In this document: positions 1 to 10,313 of the stretch, one piece after another | Layout: each line of letters begins with the position of its first letter | Numbering within the stretch: position 1 is the stretch's first letter | Source of the DNA: Bacilli bacterium | GTDB taxonomy: Bacteria; Bacillota_I; Bacilli_A; RFN20; CAG-826 | Direction: 5' to 3' | Assembly (NCBI GenBank): GCA_045597865.1 | Contig: JAZLKX010000018.1 | Location: 1 to 62,309 of the forward strand | DNA length: 62,309 nt | Notes under the pieces: generated by a model | Told to the model about the DNA's origin: nothing | The model's database searches: none | Seen by the model: only the letters and a program-made list of their open reading frames with translations | Made by a program: the position numbers and the translations under genes

Positions 1-63
1 TTCATTAAGTAAAAAAATCTTTATTTAAATAAAAGATTGTGATAATATTTTTCTCGCTGATTA

Positions 64-139
64 GGAACATTGGTCTATCGGTTTATGATGCCTCCCTGTC
101 ACGGAGGCGAGACGAGTTCGACTCTCGTATGTTCCGCCA
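64..139 (+). tRNA. tRNA-Asp(GTC)
   Basis: Acceptor stem GGAACAT/ATGTTCC, anticodon arm CCTCC-CTGTCAC-GGAGG, T-loop GTTCGAC, encoded CCA. Confidence 0.95.
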
Positions 140-144
140 GTCAT

Positions 145-218
145 GCAGATGTAGTTCAGTGGTAGAACTTCAGCCTTCCAAGCTGACTATACGGGTTCGA
201 TTCCCGCCATCTGCTCCA
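145..218 (+). tRNA. tRNA-Gly(TCC)
   Basis: GCAGATG/CATCTGC acceptor, TCAGC-CTTCCAA-GCTGA anticodon arm, GGTTCGATTCC, CCA. Confidence 0.95.
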
Positions 219-228
219 TTAAAAATAT

Positions 229-253
229 AATGCTGACTTGTCAGCATTTTTTT
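229..253 (+). terminator. Intrinsic terminator after tRNA pair
   Basis: AATGCTGAC/GTCAGCATT stem followed by T run. Confidence 0.7.
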
Positions 254-276
254 ATTAGTATATAATACTACCAATT

Positions 277-1308
277 ATGACACCTACAGCTTGGTTATTA
301 ATTTATCTAGCATTAGCAGCAGTTGTTGTGTTTTTAGCTATCAAATTATCCAACTATGTTGATTTACTAGATAAGAAAACAAAACTATCTGGAGCATTAC
401 TTGGCGGCATTCTTTTAGCTGCTGTAACTTCGTTACCAGAATTATTCACATCTTTAACCGGAACAATTGGACTTGGAAACAATCAACTTGTTCTCGGGAA
501 TATTATGGGTAGTGATTTCTTTGACATCATTATCTTTGGCGTTATTTACTTCTTGTTCTTTAAAAAACTTACTGAAGGCAAGGTTGGCAAACAACATTAC
601 TACACAATGTTTTTTACATTAGCAATGGTTATTGCAGTAACAGTTGCAGCATTTGTCTTTAATAAACAAGGCTGGTTAATTGGCGGTTACTTCAATCCAA
701 TGTCTCTTGCAATTATTGCAATTTACATTGTTTCTGTTTGGAAAACACCAAAAACTGAAGAAAAAGAAAAAGAGGAAGACACATCCAAACTCTCAGTTAA
801 ACAAATTTGGATTTTATTCTCAATTTGTTCTGTTTTATTAATTGGTGCTTCAATTGGTGTTACTTATGTAACAGATGAAGTTGTTAGCGGTTTTAAAATT
901 GGTGCCACCTTTGGTGGATCATTATTCCTTGGCCTTGCTACTTCACTCCCAGAAGTTACTGCTACAATTGCTTTATGCAAGAAAAGAAACTTTAATGCAG
1001 CATATGGTGATATCTTTGGAAGTTGCGTTTTCAACATTATTATTCTTGCAATCGCCGATGCATTATCATTTAAAGCGGGTCCTTTATACATAATCGATAC
1101 AACAGTTGATCCAACACCATTCTTCTTAATTGTTGGTACCATTTTTGCGCTTCTTATTGCATGTGCATCAATTATCTTTATTCGTTCCAAAAAATTCAAA
1201 TTTGATGTAAAATCTCGCATTATTCTTTATATTTTCGGTATTTTATTAATCGGTTCTTATATCGCTTACTTAGTTTTATCAAATACCGGAATGACATTTA
1301 GTTTATAG
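277..1308 (+). CDS. Sodium:calcium antiporter (CaCA family) membrane protein
   Basis: About 10 hydrophobic segments; duplicated alpha-repeat motifs TSLPEL...GNIMGS and TSLPEV...GDIFGS. Confidence 0.85.
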   Translation: MTPTAWLLIYLALAAVVVFLAIKLSNYVDLLDKKTKLSGALLGGILLAAVTSLPELFTSLTGTIGLGNNQLVLGNIMGSDFFDIIIFGVIYFLFFKKLTEGKVGKQHYYTMFFTLAMVIAVTVAAFVFNKQGWLIGGYFNPMSLAIIAIYIVSVWKTPKTEEKEKEEDTSKLSVKQIWILFSICSVLLIGASIGVTYVTDEVVSGFKIGATFGGSLFLGLATSLPEVTATIALCKKRNFNAAYGDIFGSCVFNIIILAIADALSFKAGPLYIIDTTVDPTPFFLIVGTIFALLIACASIIFIRSKKFKFDVKSRIILYIFGILLIGSYIAYLVLSNTGMTFSL

Positions 1309-1309
1309 T

Positions 1310-1903
1310 ATGTTTGAATTACTTGTAGCATCTAATAATCAGCATAAAATTCATGAGTATGAAGAGATGTTTTCGGGCTACGACATCAAGATTCATTCTC
1401 CAAAAGAATTAGGAATTAATGTCAATCCTGATGAAACAGGAGAAACTTACGAAGCCAATTCTTTAATTAAAGCTAAAGCTTTAGCTGAATTTACTAAGAT
1501 GCCAATAATTGCAGATGACTCAGGTTTAAATGTTGTTGCACTAAATAACTTTCCAGGAATTCATTCATCACGTTTTGCAGACTCATGCGGAGGCAATAAA
1601 TTTGCTAACCCAGAACTCATTAAAAAACTTGAACCATATGAAGACAAATCAGCCTTCTTCACATGTGTCATTACTTTGTTAAATATTGAGGAAAAACCAG
1701 TGATTTTCAAGGGAATTTGCCCAGGAATCATACTTTCTAAGCCTAAAGGAGAAGGTGGTTTTGGCTACGATCCAATCTTCTATTCTAACGAGGCAAAACA
1801 ATGCTTTGGAACTGCTTCTGAAGACGTAAAAAATAAATACTCTCATCGTGCAAAAGCTATGGCACAATTAATCGAGTATTTAAAATCTAAAAAATTAATT
1901 TAA
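1310..1903 (+). CDS. rdgB: Non-canonical purine NTP pyrophosphatase (RdgB/HAM1)
   Basis: ASNNQHK, ADDSGL, GFGYDPIF and SHRAKA motifs. Confidence 0.92.
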   Translation: MFELLVASNNQHKIHEYEEMFSGYDIKIHSPKELGINVNPDETGETYEANSLIKAKALAEFTKMPIIADDSGLNVVALNNFPGIHSSRFADSCGGNKFANPELIKKLEPYEDKSAFFTCVITLLNIEEKPVIFKGICPGIILSKPKGEGGFGYDPIFYSNEAKQCFGTASEDVKNKYSHRAKAMAQLIEYLKSKKLI

Positions 1904-2565
1904 GCTAAGGTTAATACGAAACCAGAAATAATAAATACTTCCGCTAAAAGGTACGTGAGCATAATGTAAAAATCGTACCTTTTAAATTTGCTTCCAAAAT
2001 GAGTTTTGACAAGGATGCAATCAGATAAGATAAATAAGATTGCGCCAGCTAAAGAGAAATACATAGTATTTCCAGCTTGAATAATCGAGAAAATAAAGGT
2101 TGGAATGTAAGCTGTTTGAACAGCAAAATAAACAGACTGTCCAATTACATCAACTTTGCTGTGATGAGTTTTAAATTTGCAAACCAAGAACATTGCAGTA
2201 AAAACAATTAAGAATGTTCCCGCAATTACGATTGGTTGCCAGACTAAGATATTTTCAAAACCAACAATGTGCCAAAGTGCCTCAAAAATATAACAAAGAT
2301 GGCCAATCAAAAATGCAACAGTTCCAGCAATAAATGTTTTCTTTCTAAGAACAAGTATATCGCCCAACATTCCTAGGAATGCTCCAACATATATAAGTGG
2401 TTCATTTGGGAATGCAAAAACTGCTGCAATACCAAGCATGAGCAAGCATAAAAACTTCTCTCTTCTTCTTAATTTTTGATTTTCAATAAATGCAAAAATA
2501 AGTTGAATTATTGATGCTACTACGAACAATCCCAAGAAAATATAAGCCGGAATTGGAAATTTCAT
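1900..2565 (-). CDS. YhhN/lysoplasmalogenase-family membrane protein
   Basis: LGDILVL, FLIGHLCY, GAILFILSD, MLTYLLA motifs; ATG at 2565 lies 6 nt after TATAAT. Confidence 0.8.
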   Translation of the reverse strand: MKFPIPAYIFLGLFVVASIIQLIFAFIENQKLRRREKFLCLLMLGIAAVFAFPNEPLIYVGAFLGMLGDILVLRKKTFIAGTVAFLIGHLCYIFEALWHIVGFENILVWQPIVIAGTFLIVFTAMFLVCKFKTHHSKVDVIGQSVYFAVQTAYIPTFIFSIIQAGNTMYFSLAGAILFILSDCILVKTHFGSKFKRYDFYIMLTYLLAEVFIISGFVLTLA

Positions 2566-2628
2566 ACCACAATTATACAATGTTTTCGCTTTATTTAAAT
2601 AAAAATAATGTTATAATACTTTTCGCTT

Positions 2629-2719
2629 GGAGTAGTACCCAAGAGGCTCAAGGGGACGGTTTGCTAAACCGTTAGGTCGGGTAACTGGCGCAAGGGTTCG
2701 AACCCCTTCTACTCCGCCA
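2629..2719 (+). tRNA. tRNA-Ser(GCT)
   Basis: GGAGTAG/CTACTCC acceptor, ACGGT-TTGCTAA-ACCGT, long variable arm, CCA. Confidence 0.95.
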
Positions 2720-2729
2720 CTTTATTACT

Positions 2730-2758
2730 AAAACATCCGATAAATTGGATGTTTTTTT
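2730..2758 (+). terminator. Intrinsic terminator after tRNA-Ser
   Basis: AAACATCCGA/TTGGATGTTT stem plus T run. Confidence 0.65.
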
Positions 2759-2829
2759 ATAAAATATTTTTCTGTTTTTTATTCTATGTGTCATAATATT
2801 TACGTCTTTTCTATGAAAGGAACATTAAT

Positions 2830-3492
2830 ATGGACAAGATAGCTGTTAAAGATCTCTTCGGAAAAAGTGATATCGACTACATCGATTCATATATTTTTTC
2901 AAAAGAAAATCCTTGGGATTTACTTGGCGGTATAAAAGAATACGTCAAGACACTTTGTGCAAGAGGTATTGATGGCTTCACCATAATCGATGAAGATGTC
3001 CTTGTTGGCAAAAACGTCAAGATTGCAAAGACCGCAACAATTGTTGGACCAACCATCATTGGAAATAATGTTGAAATTAGACCAGGAGCTTACATCCGTG
3101 GTTCTGTCATTGTTGGTGATGATTCAGTCGTTGGTAATTCTTCAGAATTAAAAAACGCAATCTTAATGAGACACGCTCAAGTTCCACATTATAACTATGT
3201 TGGGGATTCCATTATTGGAAACTTCGCTCATATGGGGGCAGGATCAATTCTTTCTAATCTTAAGAGCGATGGCAAAAACATTGTTATTCATGGCGAAGTT
3301 GATCACGAAACAGGACTTAGAAAAATCGGCGGTTTCTTAGGAGACCATGCTGATATCGGTTGTGGATCCGTATTAAATCCAGGAACCGTTATTGGACAAA
3401 ACACACAAGTTTATCCACTCACAATGTTAAGAGGAGTAGTCAAAGCAAACAAAATTGTTAAGGCTCAAGACAACATTGTCGACAAAAAGTAG
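2830..3492 (+). CDS. Hexapeptide-repeat acyltransferase resembling the GlmU C-terminal acetyltransferase domain
   Basis: Left-handed beta-helix repeats, HYNYVGDSIIG, GAGSILSN; no N-terminal uridyltransferase domain; next to nagB. Confidence 0.75.
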   Translation: MDKIAVKDLFGKSDIDYIDSYIFSKENPWDLLGGIKEYVKTLCARGIDGFTIIDEDVLVGKNVKIAKTATIVGPTIIGNNVEIRPGAYIRGSVIVGDDSVVGNSSELKNAILMRHAQVPHYNYVGDSIIGNFAHMGAGSILSNLKSDGKNIVIHGEVDHETGLRKIGGFLGDHADIGCGSVLNPGTVIGQNTQVYPLTMLRGVVKANKIVKAQDNIVDKK

Positions 3493-3509
3493 AAAGAAGG
3501 CTAATTAAA

Positions 3510-4232
3510 ATGAAAGTTGTTGTAAATACAAATGAAGTCATCTCAAGAATGATTGCAGAAGACTTCATCGAAGTTGTTAATAAAAAACCAAACGCAGTCT
3601 TAGGACTTGCAACAGGAACATCACCACTCGATGTTTATGCAAACATGGCAAAGGCAAACAAAGAAGGTCGTGTTTCATTCGCTAAATGTAAATCATTTAA
3701 CCTTGATGAATATGTTGGCTTAGAAGGGACTCATAACCAATCATATCGTTACTTCATGAACGAGAATTTATTCAATCATATCGATATCGATAAAAAGAAT
3801 ACAAACGTTCTTCTCGGTGTTGGTGATTACAAAAAGTTTATGAATGAATATGATGGAATGATTGCCGCTGCAGGCGGAATTGATATTCAAATTCTTGGTA
3901 TTGGATCAGATGGTCATATCGCATTCAATGAACCAGGTACATCATTTGATTCACTCACTCACGAAACAGAACTCACTGAACAAACTATCAAAGATAACTC
4001 TCGTTTATTTAATGATATTTCAGAAGTTCCAACACGTGCAGTTACAATGGGTCTTAAATCAATTATGAATGCTAGAAAGATTGTTCTTATCGCAACTGGT
4101 AAAAACAAAGCTAAAGCAGTCTATGGATTAATCAAAGGTCCAATTGATGAATCAATGCCATGTTCAATACTTCAAAAACATCCAGATGTAACAGTCTATG
4201 TTGATGAAGATGCTTACTCACTTTGTAAATAA
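3510..4232 (+). CDS. nagB: Glucosamine-6-phosphate deaminase
   Basis: LGLATGTSP, FNLDEYVGL, GIGSDGHIAFNEPG. Confidence 0.95.
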   Translation: MKVVVNTNEVISRMIAEDFIEVVNKKPNAVLGLATGTSPLDVYANMAKANKEGRVSFAKCKSFNLDEYVGLEGTHNQSYRYFMNENLFNHIDIDKKNTNVLLGVGDYKKFMNEYDGMIAAAGGIDIQILGIGSDGHIAFNEPGTSFDSLTHETELTEQTIKDNSRLFNDISEVPTRAVTMGLKSIMNARKIVLIATGKNKAKAVYGLIKGPIDESMPCSILQKHPDVTVYVDEDAYSLCK

Positions 4233-4302
4233 CTATTAAAACATATAAAGATTGGAGACAAATAATATTGTCTCTTTTCTTTTACTTATATATAATAACG
4301 TT

Positions 4303-5172
4303 ATGGAAATGCTTAAATTAATTAATGTTTGTAAAACATATCCAAAGTTCAAATTGGATAATGTTTCGTTCTCAATAGAAGAAGGCAGCATTTGCGGATT
4401 TATTGGCCGTAATGGTGCAGGCAAAACCACCACTTTAAAAGGTATGATGAATCTTCTCCATTTTGATTCTGGAGAGGTTCATGTATTTGGTCACAACTTC
4501 TTTGAAAATGAATTAGAAAATCGCCAAAATATCTCATTTTCCCTATCAGAAATCAATTATTTTCCAGATATGAAGATTGGTAAACTTACGAGAGTCACCT
4601 CGCGTTTTTATAGAAATTGGAACCAAGAAATATACGAAAAAATATGTAAAAAATTTATGCTAGATCAAGATAAAAGAGTCAAAGAATTATCTAGTGGCAT
4701 GAAAGTTAAATACAATCTTGCAATCGCACTTTCGCACGATGCAAAACTTTTAATTCTTGATGAACCGACTTCCGGTCTTGATCCTGTAAGTAGAGACGAG
4801 ATTCTCGACATTTTTAAGAGTCTAGTAAAAACAGGCAAAAGAAGTATTCTTTTCTCAACACATATTACTTCAGATTTAGAAAAATGCGCTGATCACATTG
4901 TGTATATCAAAAAAGGCAAAATCATTTCATCAAAATCAAAAGATGATTTTACTTCTAGCTACAAATATATTGAAGGTAATATTTCATTATTTGAAGAAAC
5001 AAAAAACAAACTAATTTCGTATAAAAAAGATGAAAAAGTTTTTACTGGCTTAGTTCGTATTGAAAACGCAAAAGGATTGAACAAGAAACTAAAAGTTTCT
5101 AATCCTGATTTAGAAACAGTTATGGTTTATGAAGAAAAGGAGGGAGAAGAAGATGAAGAATTTATTTTTTAA
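4303..5172 (+). CDS. ABC transporter ATP-binding protein
   Basis: Walker A GRNGAGKTT, signature LSSGMK, Walker B LILDEPT; start placed 6 nt after TATAAT. Confidence 0.9.
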   Translation: MEMLKLINVCKTYPKFKLDNVSFSIEEGSICGFIGRNGAGKTTTLKGMMNLLHFDSGEVHVFGHNFFENELENRQNISFSLSEINYFPDMKIGKLTRVTSRFYRNWNQEIYEKICKKFMLDQDKRVKELSSGMKVKYNLAIALSHDAKLLILDEPTSGLDPVSRDEILDIFKSLVKTGKRSILFSTHITSDLEKCADHIVYIKKGKIISSKSKDDFTSSYKYIEGNISLFEETKNKLISYKKDEKVFTGLVRIENAKGLNKKLKVSNPDLETVMVYEEKEGEEDEEFIF

Positions 5173-5848
5173 AGAATTAAAACTCTCAATTCACCCACTT
5201 TGCTACATTTTTGTTTTGGTCTTCTCTTTAATGGGGTTAATTCCAAACTATCCTGCTTGTATTGGCCCAATCTACATTATTGCAGCATACACTTTTCTTT
5301 TCTTGGGCGCTAATAAAGGTCAAACAACAAATGACTTATTTTACTCATGCAATTTGCCACTAAGAAAACAAGATGTTGTCACCGCTCGTTTGGTTTCAAT
5401 CAATTTCTTAAAACTTTTACTTTTTGTTCCACTTGTTGGGGCATTATTAATCAGATATTTTGTTATTTATCCTGGTATCTTAAAGAATGGCGGAGAAATT
5501 CCTAATCTTGGTTTTGATATCAATCAAGGCTTTGCCTTGTTTGGCATTCTTATTCTTGTTTTATCTCTAACTGATTTAATTTATTTGCCATGGTTCTACA
5601 AGAGTGGGAAAAGCATTGTTGGGCCAACTTTAGTTGGCGTTATATTTTACATTGTTGTTGCAAGCGTAGGAACAATAGTGCTACCAACTCTCTTGCCAAA
5701 CGTACAAAAAGCATTAACAATTGGAGGACCAGAAGAAAACGTTCTTGCACAAGTATTGGTTTTTTGCGGATGCATCCTCGCTTCAGTAGGAATCGAAATT
5801 CTTACACATAAATTATCAAAGGACAACTTATTAAAATTGGATTTCTAA
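5153..5848 (+). CDS. ABC-2 type transporter permease
   Basis: About 6 TM segments, overlaps the ATPase gene, AGGAGG-like RBS upstream of 5153. Confidence 0.75.
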   Translation: MKNLFFKELKLSIHPLCYIFVLVFSLMGLIPNYPACIGPIYIIAAYTFLFLGANKGQTTNDLFYSCNLPLRKQDVVTARLVSINFLKLLLFVPLVGALLIRYFVIYPGILKNGGEIPNLGFDINQGFALFGILILVLSLTDLIYLPWFYKSGKSIVGPTLVGVIFYIVVASVGTIVLPTLLPNVQKALTIGGPEENVLAQVLVFCGCILASVGIEILTHKLSKDNLLKLDF

Positions 5849-5849
5849 T

Positions 5850-6290
5850 ATGATTCAAAACGGTGTAAACAAAGAATTTGTGAAGAAAGATAAATCTCAC
5901 AAACAAAAAGTAACAAAGTTAACTATCATGTGCATGGTCTATAACGATGATGGTTCTTTTCTAGTTGAGAACAGAGTTAAAAAAGACTGGCCAGGTTTAA
6001 CTTTCCCAGGCGGACACGTTGAAGATGATGAGCTAATTGTTGATGCCGTAATTCGTGAGATGAAAGAAGAAACGGGCCTTGAAGTTTCAAATATTGAACC
6101 TAGAGGTTATATTGAGTGGAATGAATTTGGTGATGATGTTCGTCATTTAGCAATGCTATTTAAAACAAAATCATACAAAGGAAAATTAACTTCATCTAAG
6201 GAAGGAAACATCTTCTTCATTAAAGAAAATGAGATTGAAAATTATCCTTTATCAAACGACTTTCTTGAAATCTACAAAAAGTTAAAATAA
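5850..6290 (+). CDS. NUDIX hydrolase (MutT-like)
   Basis: Nudix box GGHVEDDELIVDAVIREMKEETGL. Confidence 0.9.
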   Translation: MIQNGVNKEFVKKDKSHKQKVTKLTIMCMVYNDDGSFLVENRVKKDWPGLTFPGGHVEDDELIVDAVIREMKEETGLEVSNIEPRGYIEWNEFGDDVRHLAMLFKTKSYKGKLTSSKEGNIFFIKENEIENYPLSNDFLEIYKKLK

Positions 6291-6325
6291 TAAAAAATAT
6301 CCAGGAAAACCCAGATATTTTAAAG

Positions 6326-6355
6326 AAAATCCCCGAGAAATCTCGAGGATTTTTT
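6326..6355. terminator. Probable bidirectional terminator between NUDIX gene and proS
   Basis: AAAATCCCCGAG-AAAT-CTCGAGGATTTT between convergent genes. Confidence 0.6.
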
Positions 6356-6357
6356 GT

Positions 6358-7785
6358 TTAATAAGCTCTAGCGAAGAAGACAACTTTCTTTGCTTCTTTT
6401 CCACAAACAGCACATTTTGTGTCAAATGGAATTTGATCAAATGGTAAGCATCTTGCAGTAGCTTGATAGAGTTCTTTAATCTTGTCCTCACAAGCTTGAT
6501 CACCGCACCACATAACCTTTGCGTATCCACCACGATTTAGAACTGCTTCTAATTCATCAAGTGAATGAACTTCTGTGGTGTGATCAAGTAAGTACTTGAA
6601 TGCTTTCTTGTACATTTCATCATGAATGACATCAAGTAAACGAGCGGCTTCTTTAACAACATCAGCATCATTAACAGTAACTTTGCTTCCATCATTACGT
6701 TTTGCTAAAACTGCAACGCCTTGTCCAACATCTCTTGGGCCAATTTCCACTCTAAGTGGAATACCCTTCATTTCGTGTTCAGCAAACTTCCATCCTGGTG
6801 ATTTATCACTATCATCGAGTTTGACTCTAATGCCTGCTTTTTGAAGTGCTGCATAATATTCTTGAGCCTTCTTCATAACATCAGGATTCTTTTGCATGAT
6901 TGGAACAATAACAACTTGAGTTGGAGCAACTCTTGGAGGCAAGACTAAACCATTGTCATCGCCATGGACCATAATAATGGAACCAAGTAAACGAGTTGAA
7001 ACACCCCATGAAGTTTGATGTGGAGTTGAGATTTTTTGATCTCTTGTTTGATATGAAATGCCAAATGCTTTAGCAAATCCATCACCAAAATAGTGAGTTG
7101 TACCTGATTGGAGAGCTTTTCCATCTGGCATTAAAGCTTCGATTGTATAAGTCTCTCTTGCACCAGCAAATTTTTCTTTATCAGTCTTGATACCTTTAAC
7201 GAACGGAACAGCAAGTAAATCTCTTCCTAAATCATCATAGATTTCAAGCATACGTAAAGCATCTTTTCTTGCTTCTTCTTCAGTTTCATACATAGTATGA
7301 CCTTCTTGCCAAAGGAATTCGCTGCCCCTTAAGAAAGGACGTGTTGTCTTTTCCCAACGGACAACTGAACACCATTGGTTATAACGTTTTGGAAGATCAC
7401 GATATGATTGGATAATATTTTTATAATGTTCACAGAACAAAACTTCTGATGTTGGTCTTACAATAAGCTCATCATCTAATGTAGCTCCACCACCTTTTGT
7501 ACAAACTAAAGTTTCAGGGGCGAAACCAGAAATGTGATCTTTTTCCTTTTGGAATAAAGATGCTGGAATAACCATAGGCATGTAGACATTCTCTACACCT
7601 ACAGATTTGAATCTTTTATCCAAATAAGCTTGGATTTGTTCCCAAATGGCATAGCCATAAGGTCTGTAAATAATAAAACCTTTAACGGATGAATAGTCCA
7701 TTAATTCAGCTTTCTTACATACATCTGTGTACCATTGAGCGAAATCTTGCTCTTGTGTGGTAATTGCACTGTTCTTAATATCCAT
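6358..7785 (-). CDS. proS: Proline--tRNA ligase (archaeal/eukaryote-like type)
   Basis: RPTSE, VVRWEKTTRPFLRGSEFLWQEGHT, SWGVSTR, C-terminal Zn motif ending FARAY. Confidence 0.96.
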   Translation of the reverse strand: MDIKNSAITTQEQDFAQWYTDVCKKAELMDYSSVKGFIIYRPYGYAIWEQIQAYLDKRFKSVGVENVYMPMVIPASLFQKEKDHISGFAPETLVCTKGGGATLDDELIVRPTSEVLFCEHYKNIIQSYRDLPKRYNQWCSVVRWEKTTRPFLRGSEFLWQEGHTMYETEEEARKDALRMLEIYDDLGRDLLAVPFVKGIKTDKEKFAGARETYTIEALMPDGKALQSGTTHYFGDGFAKAFGISYQTRDQKISTPHQTSWGVSTRLLGSIIMVHGDDNGLVLPPRVAPTQVVIVPIMQKNPDVMKKAQEYYAALQKAGIRVKLDDSDKSPGWKFAEHEMKGIPLRVEIGPRDVGQGVAVLAKRNDGSKVTVNDADVVKEAARLLDVIHDEMYKKAFKYLLDHTTEVHSLDELEAVLNRGGYAKVMWCGDQACEDKIKELYQATARCLPFDQIPFDTKCAVCGKEAKKVVFFARAY

Positions 7786-7799
7786 AAATTTATCTCCTT

Positions 7800-9527
7800 T
7801 TATGATTTAAGATTTTCAATCTTTGTTAATATTTTTCTTGAAAGTGGAACGATATTTTCGTCAGGTAATGCAATAGCATCACTACAAATAATCGAGACTC
7901 CAAGTTTGTAAACTAATTCAACTAAATCCCAAGTTGGAACATTCATTGCAACAATAGGTTTTTGATAATGAAGTAACTTTTCAATCAAACCTTGGAATGT
8001 TGGCAATTGTGAGCCAGCATTCTTCTTCTGCAAGTGTGAAGCAACAGAAAGGTTGAAGTAGTCAAATAAACCATAAATATTTGGTGATAATGTCAAAACA
8101 TCATCATCAATTTCAAGGGCAATTGAATAGCCCTTTGATTTGAAGGAACGAGCAGCATTAATAAATGATTCTTGTCCTTCATCCTCAGGAATTGCACCTA
8201 AGTCTTTTTCCCTCATAACTAAAACAATATTGGCGTTTTCAACGCCAGGGATGTGACCTAACGATCTATTAACGTAGTTAATTTCGTTATATGAAATAGG
8301 TAAGAATAATTGAAGATTTGGATCATCTTTCTCTTGAACAAATTTAGAAATAGCATTCTTAACAATTGTTGAGAATAATCCTTTATCATCTTCAGTACGC
8401 AAAGCGTAATTCTTTAAATCATCAATATTTTTAAAATATGAATCGAGTGGAACGACAGTATTTTGATATCCTGTAACACGATTTCTTTCAAAATTGAAAA
8501 TTGGTTGGAAATAATAACCTAACTTATTATCTTGAATAATAGTTTCAACGTCAGTTCTATAGTGTTGAACAGAATCTTCATTATCTACGGCTTTTTTATC
8601 ACTAAAGAATAAGACGCTTTGTGCTTCATCTTTAGCGAGCTCTGATAAAGATAAAACGTTCTTAATTAAACTGTTAACATCTCTGAAATAAATTTGGTTT
8701 TCAATAACGCCGACAGTAAAGTCAATTTCGTCTGCAAATGATTCGATTAATAAGAACCTATTAATTTTGTTCTTTATTTGTTCGATAAATGCAAATTGGT
8801 CAACTTTAGCATTAATATTGAGGTTTGTTATGATGATTTGACCATATTGATGTTCTGTCATCATTACAGTATTCGAAATAAATGAGCTCATGATATTTTT
8901 AATATCAACATAAGCTAAACGTGAAAATTCAGAAGTCTTTGTCAACTTATTAAAGAAGTTAAAACAGAATGTTGAACCTTTGCCGTTATTAGACAAAACA
9001 TTCTTTGCAAGAACTTCCTTTGAAATAAGAAGATGGTGTTCTCCCTTTTTATGAGCTTTACTTGTAAATTTAAGCAATCTGGATTCTAAATAAATGATTT
9101 GCTTTTTGTAATCGATTTTTTGAACTTGAAGTAAAGATAATACATATGATTTCTTAACTTTAATAAAAACTTTAATTTCAAGAAACTTAGCAGCTTCTTT
9201 GTTTTCTAAAAGATCTCCAACCCAAGAGATAAGTTTTTCTCTTTCGCGAGATTCAAATTGGTTATAAAAAGAAGTGATTGATGAACTCTTCCTTGATGTT
9301 AATTGAGATGAGTTAAAGTACGAAACATTGTCATTCTTAACATCGATAACATAAATTCTTAAAGTATTAGATGCATTTTCAATGTCGTTAATAAACTTTT
9401 TTTGTGAAAAATGCAAAACCAAAAACATAATAAAAATGACAATTAGTGCAATAATTGCTAAAGCAATAACTGCCATACCTAATATGTTAATTGGATTTGT
9501 AAAGTCAAATTCGATCAATGAACGCAT
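7800..9527 (-). CDS. Membrane protein with degenerate EAL-like C-terminal domain
   Basis: N-terminal TM; YYFQPIFNFERNRVTGY and GYSIALEIDD resemble EAL-domain segments, but EAL and DDFGTG motifs are absent. Confidence 0.55.
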   Translation of the reverse strand: MRSLIEFDFTNPINILGMAVIALAIIALIVIFIMFLVLHFSQKKFINDIENASNTLRIYVIDVKNDNVSYFNSSQLTSRKSSSITSFYNQFESREREKLISWVGDLLENKEAAKFLEIKVFIKVKKSYVLSLLQVQKIDYKKQIIYLESRLLKFTSKAHKKGEHHLLISKEVLAKNVLSNNGKGSTFCFNFFNKLTKTSEFSRLAYVDIKNIMSSFISNTVMMTEHQYGQIIITNLNINAKVDQFAFIEQIKNKINRFLLIESFADEIDFTVGVIENQIYFRDVNSLIKNVLSLSELAKDEAQSVLFFSDKKAVDNEDSVQHYRTDVETIIQDNKLGYYFQPIFNFERNRVTGYQNTVVPLDSYFKNIDDLKNYALRTEDDKGLFSTIVKNAISKFVQEKDDPNLQLFLPISYNEINYVNRSLGHIPGVENANIVLVMREKDLGAIPEDEGQESFINAARSFKSKGYSIALEIDDDVLTLSPNIYGLFDYFNLSVASHLQKKNAGSQLPTFQGLIEKLLHYQKPIVAMNVPTWDLVELVYKLGVSIICSDAIALPDENIVPLSRKILTKIENLKS

Positions 9528-9676
9528 GCAAGTATTATACAACATTACGTGTTTTATACAATGTATGTTTACAAAAATAAGAAAAGAAATCTTTGATTTG
9601 ATGCCTTATATCGCTAACAATTGTTTTTATAGAAAATTGTAAATATAGTAATGATTTTTGTGTTATAATCTTCCAC

Positions 9677-9767
9677 GGAGGAATACCCAAGCGGCTGAAG
9701 GGGGCGGTTTCGAAAACCGCTAGTAGGGTCACACCTAGCAAGGGTTCAAATCCCTTTTCCTCCGCCA
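9677..9767 (+). tRNA. tRNA-Ser(CGA)
   Basis: GGAGGAA/TTCCTCC acceptor, GCGGT-TTCGAAA-ACCGC, long variable arm, CCA. Confidence 0.95.
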
Positions 9768-9800
9768 GAAAATGTTAGAAAAAAGTGAGTCTCAATTGGC

Positions 9801-10313
9801 TCACTTTTCTTGTTCTCTGTTTTTGGAAAATATTGGCTTTTTTGCGAAAAATAATATCAAAATCACCAGCAAAACCCCAATAAAATAACCTATGAAGTCG
9901 ATTGCAACATCAGCAGCAGAACCGCTTCTTCCTGGCATAAAAACTTGGACCAATTCACTAAACCAAGCAAGCACTAAACCAGCGAATGTTGATGTTCCTG
10001 CAAAGTATAAAAAGTAATTGTATTTTCCGTCTCTACAAAATAAATAAGCAGACCAGGTTGAAACAAAACCTGACAATGCAAATAATCCAAAGTGACCAAA
10101 CAATTTCCTAACAACACCAGTAAAGTGTTCTAAATTTTCACTGGTAACTAATCCTGGAGAGATTCCGTTGATAACTCCAGCTGTTGTTGAAACTACGGCG
10201 CTAGATTCAGCAGTAGAAGCATCACCAGAAACAAATGAATTTGCAATAATAAAAAGATTAATTGCTATAGCAAATCCGAATATTATCCATTTCAAAATAT
10301 TTCTTTTGTTCAT
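9801..10313 (-). CDS. VanZ-family membrane protein
   Basis: VRKLFGHFGLF, SELVQVFMPGRSGSAADVAIDFIG. Confidence 0.85.
   Translation of the reverse strand: MNKRNILKWIIFGFAIAINLFIIANSFVSGDASTAESSAVVSTTAGVINGISPGLVTSENLEHFTGVVRKLFGHFGLFALSGFVSTWSAYLFCRDGKYNYFLYFAGTSTFAGLVLAWFSELVQVFMPGRSGSAADVAIDFIGYFIGVLLVILILFFAKKPIFSKNREQEK

Noticed and set aside
39-230. 63-aa ORF, and likewise ORF 9535-9741 and the N-terminal extension of 20437-21516
   Set aside because: They overlap tRNA genes; spurious translations
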